Part shown: in pieces, positions 50,226 through 59,173 of the stretch
Layout of the letters: the number at the start of each line of letters is the position of its first letter
How positions within the stretch are numbered: the stretch's first letter is position 1
Origin: Verrucomicrobiota bacterium
Lineage (GTDB): Bacteria; Verrucomicrobiota; Verrucomicrobiia; Limisphaerales; SXQI01
Reading direction: 5' to 3'
NCBI GenBank assembly: GCA_033762115.1
Contig: JANRLX010000129.1
Span: 1 to 64,000 of the forward strand
Length of the DNA stretch: 64,000 nt
The notes under the pieces: generated by a model
Databases searched by the model: none
Seen by the model: only the letters and a program-made list of their open reading frames with translations
Told to the model about the DNA's origin: nothing
Made by a program: the position numbers and the translations under genes

Positions 50226-50756
50226 ATGAGTGCTTCGGACGTGGGCTGGTATTGCATTCGTTGTCAGAATAAACATGAACATATTGCCGCAGCCAAACTA
50301 AGGGAACTGGGGGAAATTGAAGTTTTCAATCCCCGGGTCAAAGCGCGGAAAGTAACGCGGCGAGGGCCCGTTTGGTTTACGGAATCTCTTTTTCCCACCT
50401 ACCTTTTTGCGAAGTTCGATTTAAATGGAAAGCTAGGGGCCATCCGTGTTTGTTCCGGTGTGATTGACGTTCTTAATTTTGGGGGACGTTATCCACAAAT
50501 TCCTGAAAGCGTGATGTTTGAACTTCAGGAGACGATGGGAAATTCCGATGTTTACGTGCAGGTGGTCGAATTGGAGCCAGGAAGTGAAGTGGTCCTATCG
50601 CAGGGACCGTTTCAAGGGCTCTCCGCAGTGGTCAAACAGGTGATGGCAGCTGGTCAGCGTGTGCGTATTTTGCTCGAATTTTTAGGTCGGCAAACAGAGT
50701 TTGAAGTTCGTTCTTCCGAGTTGGTTCCCGCATACGAACATTTACTGAGCCACTGA
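50226..50756 (+). CDS. RfaH-like NusG-paralog transcription antiterminator
   Basis: WY..., LFPTYLF, GV...NFGG.YP.IP (NGN domain); GPFQGL, RVRILLEFLGR (KOW domain); start at ATG 50226 or GTG 50199. Confidence 0.88.
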   Translation: MSASDVGWYCIRCQNKHEHIAAAKLRELGEIEVFNPRVKARKVTRRGPVWFTESLFPTYLFAKFDLNGKLGAIRVCSGVIDVLNFGGRYPQIPESVMFELQETMGNSDVYVQVVELEPGSEVVLSQGPFQGLSAVVKQVMAAGQRVRILLEFLGRQTEFEVRSSELVPAYEHLLSH

Positions 50757-50796
50757 CTGAGCTCACGTCCTTAGCGGAGTGTTTCCAGATTATTGA

Positions 50797-50952
50797 GCTT
50801 CAAGAAGTGTGTACTGGCGAGGGCGGCATGCAGATTGCTTCGCTGAGAAAGCGAACCTTAAAAGAAGTAAGGCATGAGCAATCTTAACAAACGATGGTTT
50901 CGATGGATTGGTGATTTTGAAAAATCGACCAACTGCGGAGCTTTCTTGAAGT
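50797..50952 (+). ncRNA. Candidate structured RNA (unassigned) between the RfaH-like gene and its downstream operon
   Basis: Five mutually compatible helices found by eye (see findings); no family recognised. Confidence 0.45.
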
Positions 50953-51000
50953 ACGTTGCTTGACCACAGCACCACAATCCTCTACGACATTCACTGGCGC

Positions 51001-51013
51001 GGGGCGGTAGCTG
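51001..51013 (+). promoter_or_regulatory. ops-like element
   Basis: GGGGCGGTAGCTG contains the ops core GGCGGTAG, downstream of an RfaH-like gene and 7 nt before the first gene of a glycan operon. Confidence 0.7.
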
Positions 51014-51020
51014 AGAACAT

Positions 51021-54000
51021 ATGACGAATTTTTATATTTTCCGAGATATTCGAGGGTTATGGCATGCCCTGATGCTGGCCTTTTGTGTTTATCTTGGAAA
51101 AGCCCAAAGCCCCTCGCCTTTTTACCCCATTAATTTTATTGATCCTTTTCCGCCCACACCTGCAACCATCCTGACCAATACTTTCGCACAGGATCCGGAT
51201 TCAGTCTTTTTTGATAAAAGGCTCAACGATACTGTGCTGCTGGGTGGGATAAGTTTCCCGATGCCTGATTCCATTACAAATGGATTAAAGGCTATTTCTG
51301 TAGAGTTTTGGATGCAACGGCGGACGAATGAATTTGCGTTACCTGGTGGAAATTTAATTCGGGGCCCTGGGTTCCGGATTGTTGGTGGAGGAAACTTCGG
51401 CCAGTTCGGAGCGCTTTTCGGAATTTTTTATCAATTCACCGATGATGGCAAATACATCGGTTTCCAACAACTGCCATACATTTTTGATCGGGCACCGGAC
51501 AACCTGTGGCATTATTATGTTTTTACCTACGACACCCGGCAATTCGCTGTTTATATTGATGGGGAACTTCATGCAACGGGGTGGTCTGATAACACAACAG
51601 ACAAAATCGGTCCGATGGAGGATGGCCCAAAAAATGAAGCCACAGAACTGACATCGGTGACTAACCTCACGATTTCAGGAAATTATACTGGAGCTGAAAC
51701 CGAGTTCTTTCCATTTGCGCGAGTGGCCAACCTGCGCGCTTCAAGCGTGGCGTTGACTGCGAGGGAAGTCCGGCAAAATTTTGAAAAACGACGAGTCTAT
51801 TCCAACGTGCTTTTCGCCTCCCCGACTGGAACGGGTATCGGGACTTTGGAGTCCCCACTTTCGCTTGCCGCAGCCCTTGCGCAATCCGGTCCGCTCACTC
51901 GGATTACCCTGTTGCCGGGGACTTATCCATCGGACCAGTTCCGGGTAACTGCGGGTGGAAGAAGCCCTTTTGAACATTGTCTGATCACGGGGCCGGAAGG
52001 AATGGAACCTGCCGTGATCCAAGGTTCTTCCGCTGTGATCGATGGAGCAGAGCATCTTCAGGTTCGCAATCTTACGTTTGTTGGAAATCAGGGACTAACT
52101 GTCACCAATGCATTCAAAGTGGAAATTGATTGTTGCCGATTTGCAGGGGTGTCTGATGGCATCACCATCAGAAACAGTGAACGGGTTGCGGTGCAGAACA
52201 GTATCTTTTCCATTTCAGAAAAAGGTGCGGTGCTGCTCAACTCGCCTGAATCCAGGTTGCTGAACAATACGTTTGTCGGAGGATCAGTTGCCGCCCAGTT
52301 TAACGAAGGTTCTCCCGGGGTGACTTTCCTGAACAACCTGCTCTCCGGACAATCAGATGCATGTGTTGAAATGATGGGTGACAGCCTTCGGCGGTACCGT
52401 GGAGATGCGAATCTTTATCATCCAGCGACCGCAGCAGCGGCTTTGAAACTTCATGTCAGCGGCCGAATTGATACTTATTTTCCAATCGCTGTCACAAACA
52501 GGATATTGTCTGCAGTCTGGTATACGAATGACACGATTGATGTTCCCGATCCCGGCAAGCAACGAACCGGATATGCTGCGGAATCCCGGAGCATGAGTTT
52601 TCCTCCTGTATTCAAGAATGCAGCCGCAGGCCTTTACGAGATCAAGCCGGTTCACGGCACTTCCATTAATGAGGGGGTGACGCAGCCGTGGCAATCGGTG
52701 GTCACTGCGCCTCTCTATGATATTACGGGGCTGTTTCGTCCGGTGAATAAAACAATTGATGTGGGTGCCTACGAAACCACTCCGCTTTACTTTGCCGAAT
52801 TAATCCTCGAGACAAACAAAACGGTAAGTGCAGGGGTGTTTCTGACAAATGGCACTTTAATCAGGACTTTGTTTTCCGGGACCAAACTCCCGCCAGGCAA
52901 ACATCGAGCATGGTGGAACGGCCTGGATGATTTTCAATCCATCGCACCGCCAGGAAGAGAGTACCAGATTCGTTTCCTCACTCACAACGTCGTTTACAAA
53001 TGGGAAGGCGCTGTTGGCAATACCTCCACAAATCCCAATTACGGCGCCAGCATTCATGCAAATTTCCTCCCCCTGCATTCCATGGTGATTATCGGGACCA
53101 ATGCTTACTACAGTCCAGGATACAACGAGGGTCGGCCGCGGTTGCGGCATTTCACGACGGATAATCCAAGGCAGGTTAAAACAAACTTTGGTGGCAGTGA
53201 GGATCCATCAATTCCAGCCCTGCAGGATTTGGATAGCGACGGGGAGCGGATTTATTCCCTGAATGCAAGAAGTTGCTATATTTATGCAAACTCGAATCTG
53301 AATGTATTTCCTCCCACTACATTTGAAAACGGGCAAACATTGATCACCGCAGGGGGATTCCCGACTGATCCGCTTCTGTCATATAACAACGGTCATGTTG
53401 CGGTTCAGCGATCCGGGAATGCGTTGATTGTCAGCCGCTTGAATCTGGATGAGGTTTCGTTTTATCATAAACGTTCCGGCGCTTCGAATTTTAGCCTGAC
53501 AATTCCTGCTCCAGGGGACATGGCAGTCGATTCAACTGACGGGGTATGGATCATCAGTGGCAAATCTGAATTACGATATTATACCAATTTGAACGAAGCT
53601 CCGACCCTTGCCAAAACCATTCCTGCAGGCGCTGATTTTACGAATGTCCTTGCGATCGCGGTTTCTCCGATTGATGACTCAATCGTCATTGCCGATGGCT
53701 CCACGCACCAGTTGCGTTCTTTTTCCAAGGATGGTGAGACGCTCTGGACCTATGGGCAACCAGGCGGGTATGCCAATGGGCCACGGGTGACTTACGATAA
53801 ATTTGGATTTTATTTCACTGACGGGTATTTCTCTGCGCGCGCTTACATTGCCTTTCAGCCAGATGGAAGTTTTTGGGTGGGGGACACAGTGACAAGCCGA
53901 AATATTTTGTTCGATACGAATCGTAATTATGTGACTCATTTCGAGTATATCCCCCATTTCTATCGGGCTACCGTCGATCTAAATGATCCCACCCGGCTCT

Positions 54001-55406
54001 TCGCGGAATACACCGAATACGCCATCGATTATTCCAAGCCGTTGGATGAGGGTTGGAAAATGACAAATTTCTGGGGGTTTGGTCTGCCCCAGGATGCTTA
54101 CGATTACCCGGTATCCGAGGGTTTCAATCAGGTGCTGACAATGACAAACGGTCGCACTTACGGATTGACAGTGGCTTTTCCCGGTTTTCATTTGCGTGTA
54201 GTCGAGCTTGAAGAGCAACGATTGCGATACACCACTTATTCCAATCTGCATGGTCAGGAAACCCAGATGGAACCGGATGGTTCCTTGAATGTGGCGCGCT
54301 TTCCAATCGAGTGGTTCGACAAGCAGAGGGTTTTCGAAAGCATCATGACCTTTACGAAACGACCGCTGGTTGGTTTTTCGACAAACAATGATCCGCTGTG
54401 GGGTGACGCCGTGACTTTGGGATCCGCCCCAGTGAATCGTTTTTGGCAGAGGAGTTCTCCTTTCGGAAGACTTCCTCGCACAACATCCTCCGGCAAGGTG
54501 GTGAATTTTAATTCATTTCGTGAGAACGGATGGCATTTGGGTGCTATTCAGCAAGGTGAAACCAATTGGTTATGGTTGGTTTCACATTCATTGGGAGGGC
54601 TGGATGGTCTGGGCACTTTTGAAACATGGGCAGAATATGGAGGAAGCGCCATGATGACCAGCGGACGGCAAATTTATTACGGGTATTTCGGTGAATTTTA
54701 CAAAGGTTTGGCGCAAGCGAACCAGTATATGCATTTTTATGATAACGGTCTTTTCGTGGGGCAGTTTGGCACTCCCAATACTTACAACACGGTGATTAAC
54801 GCGCCTGGTGCTGCGGGTAACATCCTCAGCCCTGTGCTCGTGGAACTTGGTGACAAGGCTTACATTTATAATAATGATGAAAGCAGCCGTGGTATCAATC
54901 GATGGATCTCCTTGAATTTGGATTCGATTCAGGAGCACATCGTTCCAATCCAGAAAACTAACGTCACATTGCTGGCTCCAGAAGTGGAAAGTGTTTCCCT
55001 GGGAACCGTAACTGAAAGCACCGTCACATTTAATCCACGCGCAGGTTACGCCTATGTGGTCGAGTATAATGACCAATCTCCTGAGAGCACCGAATGGGTG
55101 CGGCTTCCTCCTGCGAATGTCTTGGGATTATTGGTGGATTTGCACACAACGCCGGAGCGCTTTTACAGGGTGCGTGAGATATCCATCTCTGACCTGGAAG
55201 TTGGTTTTGGTACGGTTGCGGCCACAAAATCTTTCCTGATTAATGTCGCTGATACCAATGATTTTACCTATTCAGTGGAATTTTCTGAATCGTTGGAAGC
55301 AGATTCATGGGCCACACTACCGGGATATGAGGACATTCAAGGAACCACAGAGCTTACTAATAATATCTCACCAAGGTATTTCCGGATCAAGGCAACCGTA
55401 AAGTAG
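51021..55406 (+). CDS. Large secreted multidomain protein (LamG-like, parallel beta-helix, FlgD-Ig-like, beta-propeller, two C-terminal repeats)
   Basis: Signal peptide; SVEFW..WHYYVFTYD..VYIDG; ASPTG..GT..P; NNTF/NNL; DVGAYE; LIRTL..PG.H...WNG.DD; AV.P.D...ADG; C-terminal FYRV and YFRI. Confidence 0.8.
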   Translation: MTNFYIFRDIRGLWHALMLAFCVYLGKAQSPSPFYPINFIDPFPPTPATILTNTFAQDPDSVFFDKRLNDTVLLGGISFPMPDSITNGLKAISVEFWMQRRTNEFALPGGNLIRGPGFRIVGGGNFGQFGALFGIFYQFTDDGKYIGFQQLPYIFDRAPDNLWHYYVFTYDTRQFAVYIDGELHATGWSDNTTDKIGPMEDGPKNEATELTSVTNLTISGNYTGAETEFFPFARVANLRASSVALTAREVRQNFEKRRVYSNVLFASPTGTGIGTLESPLSLAAALAQSGPLTRITLLPGTYPSDQFRVTAGGRSPFEHCLITGPEGMEPAVIQGSSAVIDGAEHLQVRNLTFVGNQGLTVTNAFKVEIDCCRFAGVSDGITIRNSERVAVQNSIFSISEKGAVLLNSPESRLLNNTFVGGSVAAQFNEGSPGVTFLNNLLSGQSDACVEMMGDSLRRYRGDANLYHPATAAAALKLHVSGRIDTYFPIAVTNRILSAVWYTNDTIDVPDPGKQRTGYAAESRSMSFPPVFKNAAAGLYEIKPVHGTSINEGVTQPWQSVVTAPLYDITGLFRPVNKTIDVGAYETTPLYFAELILETNKTVSAGVFLTNGTLIRTLFSGTKLPPGKHRAWWNGLDDFQSIAPPGREYQIRFLTHNVVYKWEGAVGNTSTNPNYGASIHANFLPLHSMVIIGTNAYYSPGYNEGRPRLRHFTTDNPRQVKTNFGGSEDPSIPALQDLDSDGERIYSLNARSCYIYANSNLNVFPPTTFENGQTLITAGGFPTDPLLSYNNGHVAVQRSGNALIVSRLNLDEVSFYHKRSGASNFSLTIPAPGDMAVDSTDGVWIISGKSELRYYTNLNEAPTLAKTIPAGADFTNVLAIAVSPIDDSIVIADGSTHQLRSFSKDGETLWTYGQPGGYANGPRVTYDKFGFYFTDGYFSARAYIAFQPDGSFWVGDTVTSRNILFDTNRNYVTHFEYIPHFYRATVDLNDPTRLFAEYTEYAIDYSKPLDEGWKMTNFWGFGLPQDAYDYPVSEGFNQVLTMTNGRTYGLTVAFPGFHLRVVELEEQRLRYTTYSNLHGQETQMEPDGSLNVARFPIEWFDKQRVFESIMTFTKRPLVGFSTNNDPLWGDAVTLGSAPVNRFWQRSSPFGRLPRTTSSGKVVNFNSFRENGWHLGAIQQGETNWLWLVSHSLGGLDGLGTFETWAEYGGSAMMTSGRQIYYGYFGEFYKGLAQANQYMHFYDNGLFVGQFGTPNTYNTVINAPGAAGNILSPVLVELGDKAYIYNNDESSRGINRWISLNLDSIQEHIVPIQKTNVTLLAPEVESVSLGTVTESTVTFNPRAGYAYVVEYNDQSPESTEWVRLPPANVLGLLVDLHTTPERFYRVREISISDLEVGFGTVAATKSFLINVADTNDFTYSVEFSESLEADSWATLPGYEDIQGTTELTNNISPRYFRIKATVK

Positions 55407-55422
55407 CCTTCTTTTTGTTTTC

Positions 55423-56238
55423 ATGGAACTCATAATTGAGCGAGGGCGGACCGAACGGCAATATTGGCGTGACCTTTGGCGATTCCGGGAATTGCTTTAT
55501 TTTCTCGCATGGCGGGACATCCTGGTCAGGTATAAGCAAACTGCGATCGGCATTGCCTGGTCACTTCTGCGACCGCTGGTGACAATGCTGGTGTTTACGT
55601 TTGTTTTTGGAAGGCTGGCGAAACTTCCTTCAGATGGCGTGCCGTACCCGCTTCTGGTGTTTTCAGGTTTGTTGCCCTGGAGTTTTTTTTCGACGGCAAT
55701 TTCCGAATCAGGAAACAGCCTGGTCACGAATTCGAACCTGATTTCGAAAATTTATTTTCCCAGGATGGTGGTTCCCATCTCAAGTATTGTGACCTGCTTT
55801 GTGGATTTTTTGATCGCAGGGGCATTGCTGGTTGGAGTCATGATTTATTATCAACATCCAGCGTCCTGGCGATTGCTGGCATTGCCCGGGTTATTATTCC
55901 TCTGTTTTCTTGCTGGAATTGGGGCAGGGCTTTGGCTATCGGCATTGACTGTGAAGTACCGTGATTTTCGCTTTATCATCCCATTTATTGTGCAATTCGG
56001 GCTATACATCAGCCCTGTCGGTTTTTCGAGCACTCGAATTCCTGATGATTGGCGAATGGTCTATGCCCTGAACCCGATCGTGGGAGTGATTGATGGATTT
56101 CGTTGGGCAATTGTGGGAGGAAATAACCTGATTCACCTTCCATCCTTTTTGGTTTCATTCATGGTTATTATTGTCCTGGTGGTTACCGGGGCGATGTACT
56201 TTCGTCACACCGAAAAAAGCTTTGCTGATATTATTTAA
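55423..56238 (+). CDS. wzm: Polysaccharide ABC exporter permease
   Basis: RDILVRYKQTAIG.AW, KIYFPR, RDFR, LNP. Confidence 0.92.
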   Translation: MELIIERGRTERQYWRDLWRFRELLYFLAWRDILVRYKQTAIGIAWSLLRPLVTMLVFTFVFGRLAKLPSDGVPYPLLVFSGLLPWSFFSTAISESGNSLVTNSNLISKIYFPRMVVPISSIVTCFVDFLIAGALLVGVMIYYQHPASWRLLALPGLLFLCFLAGIGAGLWLSALTVKYRDFRFIIPFIVQFGLYISPVGFSSTRIPDDWRMVYALNPIVGVIDGFRWAIVGGNNLIHLPSFLVSFMVIIVLVVTGAMYFRHTEKSFADII

Positions 56239-57477
56239 ATGTCTGAACCAGTCATCAGGGTCGAACAGCTTTCAAAACGGTATATCCTGGCCCATAAAAA
56301 TGAGGGTCAACAAGGTTTGCGGCATGTCCTGACCGACATGCTTTCGCGTCCGTTCAGCAGAAACAAAGAAAAATCCTTTAACGAGACAGAAGAATTCTGG
56401 GCGTTGAAGGACGTTTCATTCGAGGTGCACCGGGGGGACGTCCTTGGAATCATCGGCAGAAATGGGGCTGGGAAATCCACGCTGTTGAAATGTTTGAGCC
56501 GGATCACGGAACCGAGTTCTGGAAGAATCACACTGCGTGGTCGCGTGGCGAGTTTGCTGGAAGTGGGGACTGGCTTTCACCCGGAGTTGACCGGGCGTGA
56601 AAACATTTTTCTTAACGGTGCGATTCTCGGGATGGCCCGGGTTGAAATTAAACAGAAATTTGATGAAATCGTCGCATTTGCGGAAGTCGAGCGGTTTATT
56701 GATACCCCGGTGAAACGTTATTCAAGCGGCATGTACGTTCGTTTGGCATTTGCGGTCGCTGCCCATCTGGAGCCTGAAATCCTGATCGTTGATGAAGTCC
56801 TGGCAGTAGGGGATGCTCAATTCCAGAAAAAGTGCCTTGGGAAAATGCAGGAGGTTTCAGTCCAGGAAGGAAGGACAGTTTTGTTTGTGAGCCATCAGCT
56901 CGCCTCCGTTAGGCGGCTTTGCAACCGCGCTTTGCTGATGGAAAGAGGCACCACAACGGGTGTAATTGGAGTCGAAGAAGCGATCCAACGATACAACCAG
57001 CAGGGTGCTGACGTTCAATGTGATATTAATCTGAAAGAAGCCCGCCGTCCTGATACTGCCAGTGGACAGGCCCGGATCAACCGGGTCCGAATCAGCGAAG
57101 GATCTTCATTCCAGTATGGCTCTCCATTGCGTCTGGATTTTGAAATCGATGCGGCATCTGCCCTGCGGAACTGCACTGTTGGCATCGGCTTTGACACTCT
57201 GGACGGCTATCGGATTCTTACCCTGGATTCCGACAATAGCGGAGGCAACATTTCTCTTTCTCAAGGGAGCCAGAAAGTAAGTTTTTCGATTGAGCGGAAT
57301 CCACTGCATCCCGGCGCTTACAGTTGCGGGGTGGCAATTATGAATGGCCGACAGGTGGTGGATTTTGTCCCGAACTGCGGCGTTTGGGAAGTGCAGTCAA
57401 GTCCCAACGACACTTTAAGTGATCGCGGTTTTGCCGGTTGCCGTGTCCCAATCGAAGTGAGCCTGGAAACAACCTGA
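56239..57477 (+). CDS. wzt: Polysaccharide ABC exporter ATPase with C-terminal carbohydrate-binding domain
   Basis: GRNGAGKST, GFHPELTGREN, YSSGM, DEVLAVGD; ~150-aa C-terminal extension (LHPGAY). Confidence 0.93.
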   Translation: MSEPVIRVEQLSKRYILAHKNEGQQGLRHVLTDMLSRPFSRNKEKSFNETEEFWALKDVSFEVHRGDVLGIIGRNGAGKSTLLKCLSRITEPSSGRITLRGRVASLLEVGTGFHPELTGRENIFLNGAILGMARVEIKQKFDEIVAFAEVERFIDTPVKRYSSGMYVRLAFAVAAHLEPEILIVDEVLAVGDAQFQKKCLGKMQEVSVQEGRTVLFVSHQLASVRRLCNRALLMERGTTTGVIGVEEAIQRYNQQGADVQCDINLKEARRPDTASGQARINRVRISEGSSFQYGSPLRLDFEIDAASALRNCTVGIGFDTLDGYRILTLDSDNSGGNISLSQGSQKVSFSIERNPLHPGAYSCGVAIMNGRQVVDFVPNCGVWEVQSSPNDTLSDRGFAGCRVPIEVSLETT

Positions 57478-57483
57478 AAAAAC

Positions 57484-58359
57484 ATGTTTACCGAACTTGC
57501 GACAGAAATTTTCACTCGCGGTCTTCTGGAACGAGGCGTTGCCGGAAAATCTGCAGCTTTTATTGAAGTCGGCCTTGGTAATATCAATTACAGTTTTTTA
57601 TGGGCAACGACCCTTGGATTTCGATGCTATGCGGTCGAACCATTGCCATCCGAACATTTGATCAAAGCCACGGGAGACCACAAAGTGGATCTGGCAGTGG
57701 GTGCCATTTCTGATCATACCGGCGAGCAATCAATTTTTATCGGTGAAGTCAATGGTTCCACTGTTTCTGATGTTAGTTCACTTAATCCAAACTGGTGGGG
57801 TGGAAGTAAAAGGGAGCAGAAGGTCCAAACCTGGACTTTATCCGATTTCCTGACTTCAAAAAAAATTAATTCGGTTGCTGTCCTGAAGGTTGATACTGAA
57901 GGAAGCGAATACACAATTCTTGGGGGGCTTCGGGATATTCCTTCGAATGTTCATCCAGAAATTATTATTTTTGAATATGGTGGGGGAGCTACGCGCGGAA
58001 GTAATTCAAGCGGGTGGAGTTCGGAGTTTTATCCAAACACCTTGAAAATACTGGAACTGGCCAAGACCCTGGGATATTCCTCTTTCTTGATTCTGGAAGA
58101 ACAGGAGCCTATGCCGATCCTGCTGGATTTCAGTAAAATCAGTGATTTCGACGCCCTTTTTAAAGCGCACTGGACCGTCGGAAATATTATTTGCACGAAA
58201 AAGACTTTATCGAGTGACATCATGTCTTTGGTAGAGGTGCTCGAGCAGGAATCGAAAAAAGAGAGTGCTCGCATTCGTCGCGAAGCATTTAGGAATACCG
58301 TCAAGCATTATTCGATTCGATTTATCAGCGGTATCCGGCGCCGTTTGCCTTGCCTGTAA
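57484..58359 (+). CDS. FkbM-family methyltransferase
   Basis: EVGLG, AVEP, LKVDTEGSE. Confidence 0.8.
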   Translation: MFTELATEIFTRGLLERGVAGKSAAFIEVGLGNINYSFLWATTLGFRCYAVEPLPSEHLIKATGDHKVDLAVGAISDHTGEQSIFIGEVNGSTVSDVSSLNPNWWGGSKREQKVQTWTLSDFLTSKKINSVAVLKVDTEGSEYTILGGLRDIPSNVHPEIIIFEYGGGATRGSNSSGWSSEFYPNTLKILELAKTLGYSSFLILEEQEPMPILLDFSKISDFDALFKAHWTVGNIICTKKTLSSDIMSLVEVLEQESKKESARIRREAFRNTVKHYSIRFISGIRRRLPCL

Positions 58360-59141
58360 TTCCTGCATCATGGGAAGGTGAACCGGATTTAGTAAAGAGG
58401 GTAATCCGGTCCTGCTGGAATCATTCTCTGGTAGGTTACACAGCTGGTCGAGCCAAACGGCATTTTCGGGAAAAATGGGTTCTGCCAAAAATTGGAAAAG
58501 TACAGGTCAACCAGATCAATTTGGATCTGACCGGACTTTCCTCTTCCATGAAAAACCGAATCCTTTCCGGGGAATATGAAACTGCGGAAATTGAAATGTG
58601 CAAAAGGCATTTCCGGCCTGAAGAGCGTGTGCTCGAGTTAGGAGCGGCGATTGGCTATGTTAGCTTATTTTGCCAGATTCACCTCAGTATTCAGGATTAT
58701 GCAGTCGTGGAAGCAAATCCAAACACCACCCGGATGTTGTTGGAGAATTATCGATTGAACAACAAGTATCCAAATCTTATCACCGCAGCTTTGGATCGAC
58801 AGGATGGGACCACAGAACTTTCATTGAATCCGGATTTTTGGGCTGATTCTTTGGTGAATGCGCATTTGTCTCAAAACCCATGTATCACTGTCCCATCGCT
58901 GACTTTGTCCTCGATTCTTAGCAAGCTGCCCTTTCGACCTTCGACTCTTTTGATTGATATCGAGGGATCAGAAATTCACCTCGGGGAGGAAGTAATTCCT
59001 GCCGAGGTGACAAAGATTGTTTGTGAGTTGCATCCTGAACTGTTGGGAGTGAAAGCTGCTTTTAAGGTAATTTCTGATTTCTTTAAACAGGGGTTCCAAA
59101 TCATCGATAATCAAAGTCAGGTTTACGTTTTGGCGAGATAA
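58350..59141 (+). CDS. FkbM-family methyltransferase
   Basis: YETAE, VLELGAAIG, VEANP, IDIEGSE, ELH. Confidence 0.82.
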   Translation: MPVIPASWEGEPDLVKRVIRSCWNHSLVGYTAGRAKRHFREKWVLPKIGKVQVNQINLDLTGLSSSMKNRILSGEYETAEIEMCKRHFRPEERVLELGAAIGYVSLFCQIHLSIQDYAVVEANPNTTRMLLENYRLNNKYPNLITAALDRQDGTTELSLNPDFWADSLVNAHLSQNPCITVPSLTLSSILSKLPFRPSTLLIDIEGSEIHLGEEVIPAEVTKIVCELHPELLGVKAAFKVISDFFKQGFQIIDNQSQVYVLAR

Positions 59142-59173
59142 TTGGAAACGAAGCGCAAGAAGCCTGCAACCGA

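Noticed and set aside
50489..50497. Perfect DnaA box TTATCCACA
   Set aside because: Single copy inside a coding sequence; no box cluster, AT-rich unwinding element or dnaA nearby
50878..50960. TCTTAAC ... GTTGCTT as an integron attC site
   Set aside because: Neither end fits RYYYAAC / GTTRRRY and there is no integrase or cassette array
50790..50975. 61-aa minus-strand ORF in the RfaH-ops spacer
   Set aside because: Antisense to the operon, no recognisable motif; region better explained by RNA structure, though not strictly excluded
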